A stretch of DNA of 59,680 nucleotides from Bacteroidales bacterium (GCA_007131245.1 SLQX01000021.1:1-59680); one strand, 5' to 3'. Positions 1 to 10,973 are shown, numbered from the stretch's first letter. Translations and numbers: made by a program. Notes: a model not told the origin generated them from the letters alone.

Positions 1-860
1 CCTTTACGGAGAAGTATATCTTGCATTTGCTTTTGAAGATTTTTGGCCTCTCGAGCAGCTGCTTGGGCATAATCTTCACCTCCAGAGGCAAAAATAACAC
101 TCCTGGAAGCATTTACCAGCAGGCCGCAATCATTTACCATCCCACTACCTGCAACAGCCTCAAGGCTACCTCCCTGGGCTCCCACACCTGGCACCAATAA
201 AAAAGAATCAGGGGCAATTTCCCTTATATTATGAATTATTTCCGGTTGGGTAGCACCAGCCACAAACATTACCTGTTCAGGGCTGGCCTGTTGTAAGGTT
301 TTCTCAATTACCCTCTCATACAGTTTTTGTGTTATGCATTTACTGGAAGGCCTTTCAGGATGTTCATGGGTCATATTTATCTCAGCTAGCTGAAAGTCTT
401 TTGCACCCGGGTTGGAGGTAATTGCCAGTATAATCGTCCATTTATTGGGATACTTAAAAAAAGGTTCTATGGAGTCGTAACCCATGTAAGGACTTACCGT
501 AACCGCATCAAAATTCATGGTTTCAAAAAAGGCCCTGGCGTAATAGGCGGCCGAATTTCCTATATCGCCCCTTTTGGCATCGGCAATTGTAAAAAGGGGT
601 TGGTCCAAACTGTTTATGTAGGTCATGGTTTTCTCAAGGCTTTGCAATCCTTTTGAACCCTGTGCCTCATAAAAAGCCAGGTTGGGTTTATACGCCACAG
701 CAGATGACAGTGTGGCATCAATGATGTTTTTATTGAACTCAAATACCGGATCATCATATTTTTGAAGATGATGAGGAATCTTCTCCGGGTCGCTGTCAAG
801 GCCAACACACAGGAAGGATTGTTTTTTTTTGATTAACGCAGTTAACTCTTCGCGATTCAT
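1..860 (-). CDS. pyrF: Orotidine 5'-phosphate decarboxylase, type 2. It runs off the window edge, so only the last few C-terminal residues are missing.
   Basis: Hand translation from ATG at 860 gives MNREELTALIKKKQSFLCVGLDSDPEKIP...FTIADAKRGDIGNSAAYYA...LLVPGVGAQGGS...QMQDILLRKG. The frame is open to base 1. It is absent from the ORF track only because it is truncated. It starts 12 nt after the prfA stop. Confidence 0.85.
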   Translation of the reverse strand, partial: MNREELTALIKKKQSFLCVGLDSDPEKIPHHLQKYDDPVFEFNKNIIDATLSSAVAYKPNLAFYEAQGSKGLQSLEKTMTYINSLDQPLFTIADAKRGDIGNSAAYYARAFFETMNFDAVTVSPYMGYDSIEPFFKYPNKWTIILAITSNPGAKDFQLAEINMTHEHPERPSSKCITQKLYERVIEKTLQQASPEQVMFVAGATQPEIIHNIREIAPDSFLLVPGVGAQGGSLEAVAGSGMVNDCGLLVNASRSVIFASGGEDYAQAAAREAKNLQKQMQDILLRK

Positions 861-871
861 AACAGGGCTAA

Positions 872-1945
872 TTAAGCAACACCTTCCTTTAGTTTTTCAG
901 CATTTTCTGCAACCTGCAAGGCATCAATAATATCTTCAATTTCGCCATCTACAATAGATGTCAGGTTATACAGGGTAAGATTAATACGATGGTCTGTAAC
1001 TCTCCCCTGGGGATAATTATAGGTGCGTATTTTGGCTGAACGATCCCCGGTTGATACCATGGTTTTTCGCTGCGATGCAATATCATCCAGGTACTTTTTA
1101 TACTCCATATCAAACAAGCGTGTCCGCAGCACCTTCATGGCTTTTTCCAGGTTTTTAATCTGTGACTTCTGATCCTGGCAGGTTACCACTAGGCCTGAAG
1201 GCTCATGGGTTAGACGAACAGCAGAATAGGTTGTATTAACGGATTGTCCGCCAGGGCCTGAAGAACAGTAAGTATCCTTTCGAATATCGCTCATTTTGAG
1301 CTCCACATCAAACTCGTCTGCTTCAGGTAATACTGCCACAGTTGCTGCTGAAGTATGGACGCGTCCCTGGGTTTCGGTTTGTGGTACACGCTGAACACGA
1401 TGAACTCCTGATTCATACTTTAATGTACCATAAACTTTTTTACCCGATACGTTAAAAACAATTTCTTTATAGCCTCCGGATGTGCCTTCGTTCACATCTA
1501 CAATTTCTGTCTTCCATCCTTTCTTTTCACAATACTTGGAGTACATACGAAACAAATCACCTGCAAAAATGGCGGCCTCATCTCCACCCGTTCCGGCACG
1601 AATTTCCACAATGGCATTTTTACTATCCTGGGGATCAGATGGCACAAGTAAAATTTTGATGTGCTCTTCCAGCTCACCTTTTCTCTCTTGCAACTCTTCC
1701 AACTCTGCTTTGGCCATTTCCCTAAATTCTTCATCTTTCTCAGTAGACAAAATATCTTTGGAAGAAGATATATTATCAAGAACATTGCGGTATTCCTCAT
1801 AGGCACTCACAATTTCTTCCAACTCTTTGTATTCTTTACTGAGCTGTATATACCGCTTCATGTCAGCGATAACTTCGGGATCAGTAATTAACTGTGAAAC
1901 CTCTTTAAACCGGTTGTTTATGGCTTCTAGTTTTTCTATTAGCAT
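872..1945 (-). CDS. prfA: Peptide chain release factor 1
   Basis: 357 aa with the GGQ motif ([11 protein letters not shown]), the [17 protein letters not shown] tripeptide-anticodon region, and typical length. Confidence 0.95.
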   Translation of the reverse strand: MLIEKLEAINNRFKEVSQLITDPEVIADMKRYIQLSKEYKELEEIVSAYEEYRNVLDNISSSKDILSTEKDEEFREMAKAELEELQERKGELEEHIKILLVPSDPQDSKNAIVEIRAGTGGDEAAIFAGDLFRMYSKYCEKKGWKTEIVDVNEGTSGGYKEIVFNVSGKKVYGTLKYESGVHRVQRVPQTETQGRVHTSAATVAVLPEADEFDVELKMSDIRKDTYCSSGPGGQSVNTTYSAVRLTHEPSGLVVTCQDQKSQIKNLEKAMKVLRTRLFDMEYKKYLDDIASQRKTMVSTGDRSAKIRTYNYPQGRVTDHRINLTLYNLTSIVDGEIEDIIDALQVAENAEKLKEGVA

Positions 1946-2142
1946 ATTTTATTAATTAAGGCTTAACGCAAGAACAGTTCTTTGATTGCTAAACTGCATT
2001 TTATAAAGAAAAATTATAAATAGGATAGCCTAAAGAATTATGAAACCCTTTCTACAAGCCTGAAATACAATGAATTCTCAACAAAATGGAAGATACTTAT
2101 CCATGCAAAATTCAAGTGCAAAATTACGAAAAAACCACGGGA

Positions 2143-3327
2143 TTACAAGGTATAGTCAAACCTGCCTTCGGGTGCATCAATCAATAGCTTTTTGCCGGTA
2201 TCTTTTTGGCAGTATCCAATAATGCGTGCATCTATTCCGAATGACTTACTTAGTTGAATAAGCTGATCAGCATGCTTTTCATCCAGGTAAATTTCCATCC
2301 TGTGCCCCATATTGAAAACCTGGTACATTTCGCGCCAGGTTGTGGATGACTCCTTTTGTATCATCGCAAACAGGGGTGGAACGGGAAACAAGTTGTTTTT
2401 CACAATGGTCATATCGTTGATAAAGTTCAGTACTTTGGTTTGGGCTCCGCCACTATTGTGAATAATCCCATGAATATGCTCTCGCATTTGCCCAAAAACT
2501 TCTTTGATAAGTGGTGCGTAGGTTCGAGTGGGTGATAAAACCAGCTTACCGGCATCCAGGTTTTCATTTTCCAATCCATCAACCGGGTCAGTGAGTAATT
2601 TGGAGCCCGTATAGACCACATCCGATGCCAGCGAGTTATCGTAGCTTTCGGGATATTTACCAGCGTATTGGTGAGCAAATACATCGTGTCTGGCAGAGGT
2701 AAGACCATTGCTTCCCATGCCACCATTATAAGTATCTTCATATACAGCTTTACCATACGAAGCCAATCCTACAATCACATCACCATGTTGTATCTTTTCA
2801 TTGGTAATGATATCTTTGCGGGCAGCCCTGGCTGTTACCGTAGAGTCCACGATAACCGTTTTTACCAAATCCCCTACATCTGCGGTTTCACCACCTGTGG
2901 GATAGATTTCAATTCCATTTTCGCGCATATTTTGCAAAAAAGCCTCGGTACCATTGATAATTTCAGCAATTACTTCACCAGGAATGCGCCTTTTGTTTCT
3001 ACCAATGGTGGAAGAAAGGAGAATCTGGTCGGTTACGCCCACACAAAGGAGATCATCCAGATTCATCACCACCGCATCCTGGGCAATTCCCCGCCAAACC
3101 GAAATATCTCCGGTCTCTTTCCAGTAAATATATGCCAGGGAAGACTTTGTCCCTGCTCCATCGGCATGCATAATGTTGCAAAAATCGGGTTGACCTCCCA
3201 AAATATCGGGAACAACCTTGCAAAATGCATTGGAAAATAAACCTTTGTCCAGGTTTTTGATGGCATTATGCACATCTTCTTTAGAGGCTGAAACACCTCT
3301 CCTGCTGTATCTGGAAGTATCCTGCAT
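2143..3327 (-). CDS. purM: AIR synthase family protein (phosphoribosylformylglycinamidine cyclo-ligase, long Bacteroidota form)
   Basis: 394 aa with HADGAGTKS and NMGHRMEIY motifs. The length and N-terminus are typical of the ~390-aa Bacteroidota PurM-type proteins. Confidence 0.75.
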   Translation of the reverse strand: MQDTSRYSRRGVSASKEDVHNAIKNLDKGLFSNAFCKVVPDILGGQPDFCNIMHADGAGTKSSLAYIYWKETGDISVWRGIAQDAVVMNLDDLLCVGVTDQILLSSTIGRNKRRIPGEVIAEIINGTEAFLQNMRENGIEIYPTGGETADVGDLVKTVIVDSTVTARAARKDIITNEKIQHGDVIVGLASYGKAVYEDTYNGGMGSNGLTSARHDVFAHQYAGKYPESYDNSLASDVVYTGSKLLTDPVDGLENENLDAGKLVLSPTRTYAPLIKEVFGQMREHIHGIIHNSGGAQTKVLNFINDMTIVKNNLFPVPPLFAMIQKESSTTWREMYQVFNMGHRMEIYLDEKHADQLIQLSKSFGIDARIIGYCQKDTGKKLLIDAPEGRFDYTL

Positions 3328-3367
3328 GTAGTAAGTTTAAAAAATTCATGTATTAAACCATTGGGCA

Positions 3368-5425
3368 TCAATCCCGTTGAATATTTATTTCCGCCGGGGG
3401 TGTATCGGCGGGCTCATCATCGGATTCAAAATCCTCACGAAGCACTCTGAACTCTGTTCTCCGGTTCAATTGATGGGCAACATCGCGGTGTTCTTCGTCA
3501 GGTAAGTTGTTGATATACTCTTCGGTGAGCTCAGTATCGGCTTCAAAGGTAAAGCCTTCACGGGTAATGGTATTTTCAATCACACGGGGTACCCTTTTCC
3601 CGTATCCGGTGGCAACCATTCTGCGGGCATCAATTCCTTTCTCTACCAGGTAATCAACCACTGTTTGTGCCCTGCGTTGCGACAAGGTATCATTTACTTC
3701 ATGGGTACCACGGCTGTCGGTATGTGATGCAAGCTCAATGACCAGGCCGGGATTGTCTTCCATGGTGTTGATTAAACCATTGAGTGAATCCTTATATTGG
3801 GGCTGTAGCTCCCAACGAGCAAACTCATATAAGATTTCAGGAAGTTCAATGGGCTCATCAGGAATAGGCTCCAGGTAAAAATCATAGACAAAATCACGGC
3901 TTCTTTCAATACCTACTGTGGTCTCCTGACCTCGTTCATTAAAGTAGTTTTCGGTACTAACCAGGATTTCATAGCTCGTATTTTCATTCATCTTATCTTT
4001 ATCAAAAAAGTACTCCCCTTCATCAGATGTCTCTGTTTGAGCAAAAGATCCATCCGAGCCAATAAGCTGTACCTGAACTCCGTGCAAAACAGTTTTGGTA
4101 CTGTCATCCCTGATGGTTCCCTGTAAAGTAAACTCCACAGGAGCCAGGTACATGGAATAAATTGCATCACCCCGGGCTCCTCTCATATTGCGGCTTGATG
4201 TAAAAAAGCCGGAATCTTCACCGGTACGAAATACAATGCCGAAGTCATCACCCGGGCTGTTGACGGGTGGCCCCATATTTTCAGGCTCTGTCCAGGAATC
4301 TCCTTCCTGGCGAGTGAAGAAAATATCTAAACCACCCATACCAGGATGACCGTTAGATGCAAAATACAAAGTACCATCCTCTCTCACGTATGGAAACATT
4401 TCATTGCCTGGCGTATTGATAACGCTACCCAGGTTCCTGGGATTCTCAAAGTCTCCACCTGCTTCAGTGCGCTCCGCAACCCAAATATCGTGTCCCCCCT
4501 TACCTCCAGCCATATCGGAAACAAAAAACAAACGCATTTCGTCATGGCTAATGGCCGGTTGCCCCACAGATATGGAGCTATCGGAAACCAGCTGCACTTC
4601 ACGGGGTTCACCCCAGTTTCTTCCCTGACGCTCTGACCGGTATATGCGACACCCAACATCTGCATCGGGTTCAGGCTCACAACGTGTAAAAAACATTTCT
4701 CTGGCTCCCGGCCCCACAGAGGGCGCGCCCTCATTAAATTCCGTGTTAATGGGGCCTTCATCCAAAAGAGTAGGATTGCTCCAGTCTCCTGCCCTATCCT
4801 GGTAAGATACAAACAACGATGAGTAGCTTTCACCTGTCCAGGGGTCTGTTTTACTCCCCAAAGCATCATCACGATTGGAGGCAAATATGAGAATACTATT
4901 AAGGTGATCGCCAAAAGCAGGGGTAAAATCATCACTGCGAGAACCAAATGTTCTTTCCAGTTCAACTTCGTATAAACCCGGGTTTTCTTCCAGGTATAAT
5001 GCCAGCTCAACACTTTCAACCCCCCATTGTCCGCGCCAGTCATCAGGAACTTTTTCCTTATACTGTTCAAAGTTTTCCAAAGCCAGATCATATTTCTCAT
5101 TTTGCATCAAAGCCTCAGCATAATAAAAAAAGGCTATAGGATCGGGATAGTTTCCTCTAATGGCTCTTCTGAAAAATGATTCAGCTCGCCTGGGCTCATT
5201 CAGATATTTGTAACACATGCCCGTTTTAAACAAAATTCGAACCCCTTCATCCCTATCATCTCGACGTACCCGATTATACACGCGCCGGTAATCTTCAAGG
5301 GCTTCACTGTATTGTTTGAGTTCAAAAGCCCTGTCTGCCCTCTCCAATCGACGGGGCTGAGCTGACAGGTCTGCAGGAAACAGGTAAAAAAACAAAGGGA
5401 AAAGGAATAAAAAATAAATTCTCAT
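3368..5425 (-). CDS. OmpA-family envelope protein with N-terminal TPR, TolB-like beta-propeller repeats and a C-terminal OmpA peptidoglycan-binding domain
   Basis: 685 aa. Signal peptide MRIYFLFLFPLFFYLFPADLSAQ. The TPR-like N-terminus is followed by repeated PxxS/F propeller-like blocks. The C-terminus reads HTDSRGTHEVNDTLSQRRAQTVVDYL...NRRTEF. Confidence 0.85.
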   Translation of the reverse strand: MRIYFLFLFPLFFYLFPADLSAQPRRLERADRAFELKQYSEALEDYRRVYNRVRRDDRDEGVRILFKTGMCYKYLNEPRRAESFFRRAIRGNYPDPIAFFYYAEALMQNEKYDLALENFEQYKEKVPDDWRGQWGVESVELALYLEENPGLYEVELERTFGSRSDDFTPAFGDHLNSILIFASNRDDALGSKTDPWTGESYSSLFVSYQDRAGDWSNPTLLDEGPINTEFNEGAPSVGPGAREMFFTRCEPEPDADVGCRIYRSERQGRNWGEPREVQLVSDSSISVGQPAISHDEMRLFFVSDMAGGKGGHDIWVAERTEAGGDFENPRNLGSVINTPGNEMFPYVREDGTLYFASNGHPGMGGLDIFFTRQEGDSWTEPENMGPPVNSPGDDFGIVFRTGEDSGFFTSSRNMRGARGDAIYSMYLAPVEFTLQGTIRDDSTKTVLHGVQVQLIGSDGSFAQTETSDEGEYFFDKDKMNENTSYEILVSTENYFNERGQETTVGIERSRDFVYDFYLEPIPDEPIELPEILYEFARWELQPQYKDSLNGLINTMEDNPGLVIELASHTDSRGTHEVNDTLSQRRAQTVVDYLVEKGIDARRMVATGYGKRVPRVIENTITREGFTFEADTELTEEYINNLPDEEHRDVAHQLNRRTEFRVLREDFESDDEPADTPPAEINIQRD

Positions 5426-5707
5426 CAGGAATGGGTTTAATTAGTTCTCTGGACGAATACCTGTATACTATCACAGATTAGCTAGTTGGCAAATAATCAT
5501 TTTTATTCAATATGATTGTTGGTTGATACATTCTAAATCCATCTGATTGTTTTATCATCTTTTGAATATCGCTCTGGTGCAGGCTCCATTTGTATGTATG
5601 TTGGTTTTACAGGATGGGTGAACTGCAAGCCATATCCTATACCCCCCCCTGCCAACTGGTATTTTTCTAACGAAAAGCAAGGGGTAAAATTGTAAAAGCC
5701 AAACACA

Positions 5708-6169
5708 TTACGTACCTGGTTTTCCGGGGTCCTCAGGTTTTTCCTCTGGTGAATCATCATCCGTTTCCTTGTTTCGATTATAAGGATAAGGCAAATCATC
5801 ATCCTTTTCATCATCCTTTGGCTGACCAGAACCTTTATTTGCCTGACGGGATTGATCTTCCCGGGTATTCAAGGTTTCATTATCTCCGGAGCTTTTGGGG
5901 GTATTATCCTGGCTGTTTAAGTCCTGACGAAATCCCTCAATATCCTCTTCAATGTCTTTAACCGGATTCTCAATTTCATCGGAATAACGATGAATTTCGG
6001 TATTGATATCCTTTTGAACCTTTTTTATTTCATTAATTCCTTTACCAATAGTACGTGCTATTTCAGGAATTCTTTTGGGTCCAAAAAAAATAAGTACAAG
6101 CAAAAGAATAATCAGCACTTCTCCCCCACTAATTCCAAAAAGTAATATGTAAACCAGGTAATTGCTCAT
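5708..6169 (-). CDS. tatA: Twin-arginine translocase TatA/E family protein with a long acidic low-complexity tail
   Basis: MSNYLVYILLFGISGGEVLIILLLVLIFFGPKRIPEIARTIGKGINEIKK is a canonical TatA TM helix plus amphipathic helix. I prefer ATG at 6169 over the TTG at 6187 used by the ORF track. Confidence 0.8.
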   Translation of the reverse strand: MSNYLVYILLFGISGGEVLIILLLVLIFFGPKRIPEIARTIGKGINEIKKVQKDINTEIHRYSDEIENPVKDIEEDIEGFRQDLNSQDNTPKSSGDNETLNTREDQSRQANKGSGQPKDDEKDDDLPYPYNRNKETDDDSPEEKPEDPGKPGT

Positions 6170-6360
6170 ATTTTTAGGATTATACAACAGATGGATACAT
6201 GCAAAGTGGCTTATTTCCCGGGTAATGTAAACAATACCTGAATAAATATGACAACGCGTCCTTATGTTGATTTAAACAAACAGCATTATTCAATAATAGG
6301 GCAAATTTAAAACAAACAAAGCAATTAACTGCGTCTATTGAACAGTTTTTGTGAAACCCT

Positions 6361-6395
6361 AAAAAAAAGCCGCTTTCTTTACCAGAAGCGGCTTT
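6361..6395 (-). terminator. Intrinsic terminator downstream of secDF
   Basis: Minus strand reads AAAGCCGCTT-ctggtaaag-AAGCGGCTTT followed by T8. It lies 25 nt after the secDF stop. Confidence 0.7.
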
Positions 6396-6419
6396 CCAGA
6401 TTAGTTAGAAAAAGAAAAC

Positions 6420-9400
6420 TTACTTTTTCTTTCCTTTTACTATATTATTTTGTTTCCTCATCATCAAGTCATAGGCAATGGGTGTAGCATTGAACAGTGA
6501 TGAGTACGTACCCACTGCGACACCAATCATCAGGGCAAAAGAGAATCCGCGGATAACCTCTCCACCGAACAGGAATATGATCATCAATACAGCAATGGTA
6601 GTACCTGAGGTATTAAAAGTTCGTGAAAGTGTTGCATTGAGGGCATTGTTGATGTTGGTTTTAAGTTCTCGTTTGGGGAATAATTTAGTATTTTCCCGGA
6701 TTCGGTCAAAAATAATTACCGTATCATTCACCGAATACCCTATAATGGTCAGAATAGCAGCAATAAAGGTCTGGTCAATTTCCATGGTCCAGGGCACAAT
6801 ATTGTACAATAGCGAGTAAAGCGATATAACAATAATGGAGTCGTGGAACAGGGTAACCAAACCTCCCACACCAAACTGCCATTTTTTAAACCGTGCAGCA
6901 ACATACAAAAAGATAATTATAAGTGCAATGACAACACTTACCACCGCACCTCGCCTGATATCGGCAGCAACAGTCGGCCCCACTTTTTGTGAACTCATAC
7001 GGCCCAATATTTTATCATCATCGTCCGAAATAAACTCTTCATAAGTCATCGGTACAGAGAAGAAATCCTGAATACCTTCAAAGAGTTTTCTTTCAGCCAG
7101 TGAGTCTGCTGTGGTTGTTTCTTCATCGATAAGATAAGTGGTAGTAATTTTAACCTGGTTGGCCGGGCCGAAAGTTTTTACCTCGGGTGCTTCATCAAAC
7201 TCATCCAGCAAGGCTGCACGCATATCCACGGTATTAATATTCTCATCAAACCGAACTACGTATGAGCGACCTCCTGAAAAGTCAACACCATAGCTAAGAC
7301 CTCTTGCAAAGAACGAGCCAATACCCACAAGGATAACAATGGTAGAAATTACATAAAACTTTTTACGTACGCCAATAAAATCAAACTTCACCTTGGTAAG
7401 TACATTCTTTGAGATTTTGGAATCAAAGCGTATGGCAACATTCTTGTCAATCCAATAGGTAAAGATAAGCCTTGCTACAAAAATTGCTGTAAACAATGAA
7501 GAAAGAATACCGATGATCAACGTAGTAGCAAAACCCTGTACCGGTCCTGAACCAAATACATAAAGCACAATACCTGTAAGAAGTGTTGTAACATTACCGT
7601 CCACAATGGCCGAGTAGGCATTTTTATAACCATCTGCGATGGCTAGCTTTTGACCTTTACCGGCCCTGATTTCTTCGAGAATCCTTTCATAAATAATCAC
7701 ATTGGCATCCACCGCCATACCCAGGGTAAGAACAATACCGGCAATACCGGGCAAAGTTAGTACAGCACCCAGGGAAGCAAGTACCCCAAAAATAAAGAAG
7801 ATGTTGGTTATCAGGGCAAGGTCAGAAACAAACCCGGCGCGGTTGTAGTAAACAACCATATAAATCAAAACAATAATAAATGCGATGATAAAAGAAGACA
7901 AACCGCTGGAAATGGCTTCTCTCCCCAGGGAAGGACCTACAATTGCTTCTTCCACAATACGGGCAGGTGCCGGTAAAGAACCTGCTCTCAAAATATTGGC
8001 CAAATCCTGTGCTTCGGCAACGGTAAAATTACCGGTAATGGAAGAGCGTCCTCCAGCAATTTCGGCCTGAACAGTAGGGAATGAATATACATAGTCATCC
8101 AAAACAATAGCAATAGAGCTGCCAATATTTGCTGCAGTAAGTCTTCTCCATTCGCGGGCACCTTCGCTGTTCATGGTCATCGATATTTCGGCAGCACCAG
8201 CAGGGCTAAAATCCTGGCGGGCATCCACAATTACATCACCTGTAAGGGGAGCTTCGCCGCGACTGGGCACCTTAATAGCAATCAGCTGCAGAATATTTTC
8301 GGCGTCTTCAGTTTGGGGCTTTACAGTCCATAGAAGTTTAAGCTCCCTGGGGAATAAACTTTTGACATTAGGTTGCCTGAGGTACCTGTTAACGCGTGCT
8401 GTATCCTGGATGGCAGCACTTCCCACCATAGGTCCATTGCCAAGATAAGGCTGGCCGGTTTGGGGGTCCATTACAATATTTAAATTAAGGACAGCAAACA
8501 AAGGGTTTTGCTGTTCCATTTCTTCATCTAAAACCAATTCTTCGTCTACATCTGTAGCCAAAAGCTCCAAAAGATCATCTTCGGTGTCTGGCTGCTCATC
8601 AAGCTCTTCCAAATCGACATCAGTTGTGTCAGGCTCTTCGATATCAAGTTCTTCAGCTAAATCAGATACTTCATCGGTAACCTCTTCTTCAGCCTGGGGC
8701 AAAGCATCTCTTAAAATTTCATTGGCTTCGGCAAAATAGGGATAAAGCTCTGAAAATTCAAAGGTTTCCCAAAACTCAAGCCGTGCAGTTCCTTGCAGAA
8801 GTCTCCTCACCCTGTCCTGCTCTTTAATCCCAGGTAACTCTACAAGAATTCTTCCGGAACCCCCCAGTTTTTGGATATTGGGTTGGGCCACGCCAAATCG
8901 GTCAATCCGGGTGCGAAGGATTTGAAAGGAGCGGTCAACTGCATCATTAACTTCACGATTGAGTACCCTTAACACTTCTTCATTGGTGGAATTAAAGTTG
9001 ATGCGATCGCGCATTTCAGGAGTTGCAAAAATGGCAGCCAGGTTGGCGTTGGGATCTGCTTCCCTGAAGGCCCTCCCAAACAATGTCACAAAGTCTTCAC
9101 GACTGGTTCGATGCTCTTCGATGGCATTGTCCATTGCCATAAGGAATGTGGGATCCTGGCTGTTACCAGATAATGCTCTGATAATTTCGGGCACTGAAAT
9201 TTCAAGGGTAACATTCATCCCTCCTCTAAGGTCGAGGCCCAGGTTAATTTCTCTTTCTTTAACTTCCTGGTAGGTGTATTGTCTGATGCCCATGTTGAAT
9301 ACCGTTTCACCTTTCATTGAGTCCAGGTAAAACTGTTCAAAATTGGCACGTAAAGAGTCCATCAATACAATCTCAGCAAGTTCATCGCCACCTGCCAGTT

Positions 9401-9548
9401 CCCGAGCCATGCTCTGCACTCTCTCACTTTGTGCATAAGAACGGGCATCCCGCTCTACTTTATTGGCAAAATAGGTGAACGACAACTGGTACAGACATAC
9501 CACGGCAAATGCTATGGCAAAAAATTTAATTAATCCTTTGTTCTGCAT
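6420..9548 (-). CDS. secDF: Protein translocase subunit SecDF (fused SecD and SecF)
   Basis: 1042 aa. N-terminal TM, LGLDLRGG motif, a large periplasmic domain, then two six-TM blocks. Confidence 0.95.
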   Translation of the reverse strand: MQNKGLIKFFAIAFAVVCLYQLSFTYFANKVERDARSYAQSERVQSMARELAGGDELAEIVLMDSLRANFEQFYLDSMKGETVFNMGIRQYTYQEVKEREINLGLDLRGGMNVTLEISVPEIIRALSGNSQDPTFLMAMDNAIEEHRTSREDFVTLFGRAFREADPNANLAAIFATPEMRDRINFNSTNEEVLRVLNREVNDAVDRSFQILRTRIDRFGVAQPNIQKLGGSGRILVELPGIKEQDRVRRLLQGTARLEFWETFEFSELYPYFAEANEILRDALPQAEEEVTDEVSDLAEELDIEEPDTTDVDLEELDEQPDTEDDLLELLATDVDEELVLDEEMEQQNPLFAVLNLNIVMDPQTGQPYLGNGPMVGSAAIQDTARVNRYLRQPNVKSLFPRELKLLWTVKPQTEDAENILQLIAIKVPSRGEAPLTGDVIVDARQDFSPAGAAEISMTMNSEGAREWRRLTAANIGSSIAIVLDDYVYSFPTVQAEIAGGRSSITGNFTVAEAQDLANILRAGSLPAPARIVEEAIVGPSLGREAISSGLSSFIIAFIIVLIYMVVYYNRAGFVSDLALITNIFFIFGVLASLGAVLTLPGIAGIVLTLGMAVDANVIIYERILEEIRAGKGQKLAIADGYKNAYSAIVDGNVTTLLTGIVLYVFGSGPVQGFATTLIIGILSSLFTAIFVARLIFTYWIDKNVAIRFDSKISKNVLTKVKFDFIGVRKKFYVISTIVILVGIGSFFARGLSYGVDFSGGRSYVVRFDENINTVDMRAALLDEFDEAPEVKTFGPANQVKITTTYLIDEETTTADSLAERKLFEGIQDFFSVPMTYEEFISDDDDKILGRMSSQKVGPTVAADIRRGAVVSVVIALIIIFLYVAARFKKWQFGVGGLVTLFHDSIIVISLYSLLYNIVPWTMEIDQTFIAAILTIIGYSVNDTVIIFDRIRENTKLFPKRELKTNINNALNATLSRTFNTSGTTIAVLMIIFLFGGEVIRGFSFALMIGVAVGTYSSLFNATPIAYDLMMRKQNNIVKGKKK

Positions 9549-9859
9549 GTTATCTGTTTTTAAATTTATTTGTTGGTTCCGATTTTTATTGGATTATTAT
9601 TTTATCTTTTCCAGCCGGATTTTGTTCTTATCAAAGAAATTCTTCCTTCAAAAAGGCTGCAAAGATAGAATTTCAAAACTTAATTTACAACGTCAAAATT
9701 ATTTTAGATACAACTTTTTCAGGGGAATACATAAAATCCGGCCAACTATTATAATATATCATTTTGATTATTAGCCTATTGTTATTTCCTCCAACAAATT
9801 TAGATGTTTTTTTTGCACATAAACAAAAGCCTACAGAATATTTTATTTATCAAGCATAA

Positions 9860-10303
9860 TCATCTATTTGCTGGGCTTTTGGGGAGTTGCAGTTCCAGAT
9901 ATTTGTTCTTATAATCGATCCGGGCACGATATTCCCAAAGGATATCTCCCCCAATTACACCATCAATCCTCGGCATATCAAAACGGGCATAAGCATAATT
10001 TAAGGATGTAAAATCTATTAATATCACATCCCTGCTGTTTATAACCAAATCATTCAACACAATCTCTTCAACTCTTACCTCCCATGCATCTATTTCTGTA
10101 GCACCAATTCCTGTACAAAAATGGTTGTATTTTTTTATGGGTGAATTGGGATAAACTTTTTTAACTCTTTCTATGTCAAAAAAAGAGAGTGTGGCCCCGC
10201 TATCAATAAGCAGGTTAAAGCCGTACCCCCCAATATTTGCTTTTACCAAAAGATGACACCCTTTTCCATTGAAGCTGAGAACATTAAGAGGAATAAAGCA
10301 CAT
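9860..10303 (-). CDS. Retropepsin-like (clan AA) aspartic protease domain protein
   Basis: 147 aa with LLIDSGATLSFF (D-S-G catalytic signature) and a later GVIGGDIL flap-like motif. Confidence 0.6.
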   Translation of the reverse strand: MCFIPLNVLSFNGKGCHLLVKANIGGYGFNLLIDSGATLSFFDIERVKKVYPNSPIKKYNHFCTGIGATEIDAWEVRVEEIVLNDLVINSRDVILIDFTSLNYAYARFDMPRIDGVIGGDILWEYRARIDYKNKYLELQLPKSPANR

Positions 10304-10337
10304 AAATCAAGAATTTGAATAAGAAGATGAGTAAGAA

Positions 10338-10369
10338 GAAAAAAGCCTTCTGCAATTGCAAAAGGCTTT
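10338..10369 (-). terminator. Intrinsic terminator after the oxidoreductase operon
   Basis: Minus strand reads AAAGCCTT-ttgcaattgcag-AAGGCTTT followed by TTTT. It lies ~35 nt after the gamma-subunit stop. Confidence 0.6.
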
Positions 10370-10401
10370 AGTTTGAGCTTGTGGTTAGCAATGAACCAAA
10401 A

Positions 10402-10956
10402 TTAGTTCAGCTGGTTTTCCACATTAATAATTTCCATCCCCTTTTTAATAGCTTCTTCATTCAGAGGAATAAGGTGGTGATAACGCTCGGGTAACACTTT
10501 TTCCAAACCTTTGATAATGTTTTCCATTTCAAGAATCGGTCTGATTTTCAAAAATCCGCCAATAACAATCATGTTAAACACCTTCGTATTGTTCATTTTT
10601 ACAGAAGCGTCATAAGCATCAATCACACAAACATTAATATCTTTTCTTTTGGGTTTGCGCGTCATACCATTGCTTTCATAAATAAGCAATCCACCAGGTT
10701 TAACGGCATCCTCAAACTTATCCATTGAGGGTTGGTTGAGAACGATGGCCGTATCAAATGTATTAAGTACGGGAGAGCTTATCATATCATCGCTGATGAT
10801 AGCAGTGCAGTTGGCTGTACCCCCGCGCATTTCAGGGCCATAAGAGGGCATCCAGCTTACTTCCTTTTCTTGCATAACACCGCTGTAACAAAGAATTTGC
10901 CCCATGGACAAAACTCCTTGTCCTCCAAATCCTGCAATTATTATTTCTTCGGTCAT
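10402..10956 (-). CDS. 2-oxoacid:ferredoxin oxidoreductase, gamma subunit
   Basis: 184 aa starting IIAGFGGQGVLSMGQIL. It is the last gene of a delta-alpha-beta-gamma operon. Confidence 0.85.
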   Translation of the reverse strand: MTEEIIIAGFGGQGVLSMGQILCYSGVMQEKEVSWMPSYGPEMRGGTANCTAIISDDMISSPVLNTFDTAIVLNQPSMDKFEDAVKPGGLLIYESNGMTRKPKRKDINVCVIDAYDASVKMNNTKVFNMIVIGGFLKIRPILEMENIIKGLEKVLPERYHHLIPLNEEAIKKGMEIINVENQLN

Positions 10957-10973
10957 AATTGTATTTTTTAATA

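Noticed and set aside
4384-5100. 238-aa same-strand alternative-frame ORF inside the OmpA-family gene
   Set aside because: The main frame has domain-level support over its entire length. The alternative frame has no motifs and is probably a chance open frame.
5533-5814. 93-aa ORF overlapping the tatA 3' end, with a glycine-rich GGGIGYGLQF stretch in the intergenic part
   Set aside because: The upstream part overlaps tatA in another frame. Only a GTG at 5706 could start an independent 57-aa product, and I recognise no family. It may be a relic, and support is insufficient.
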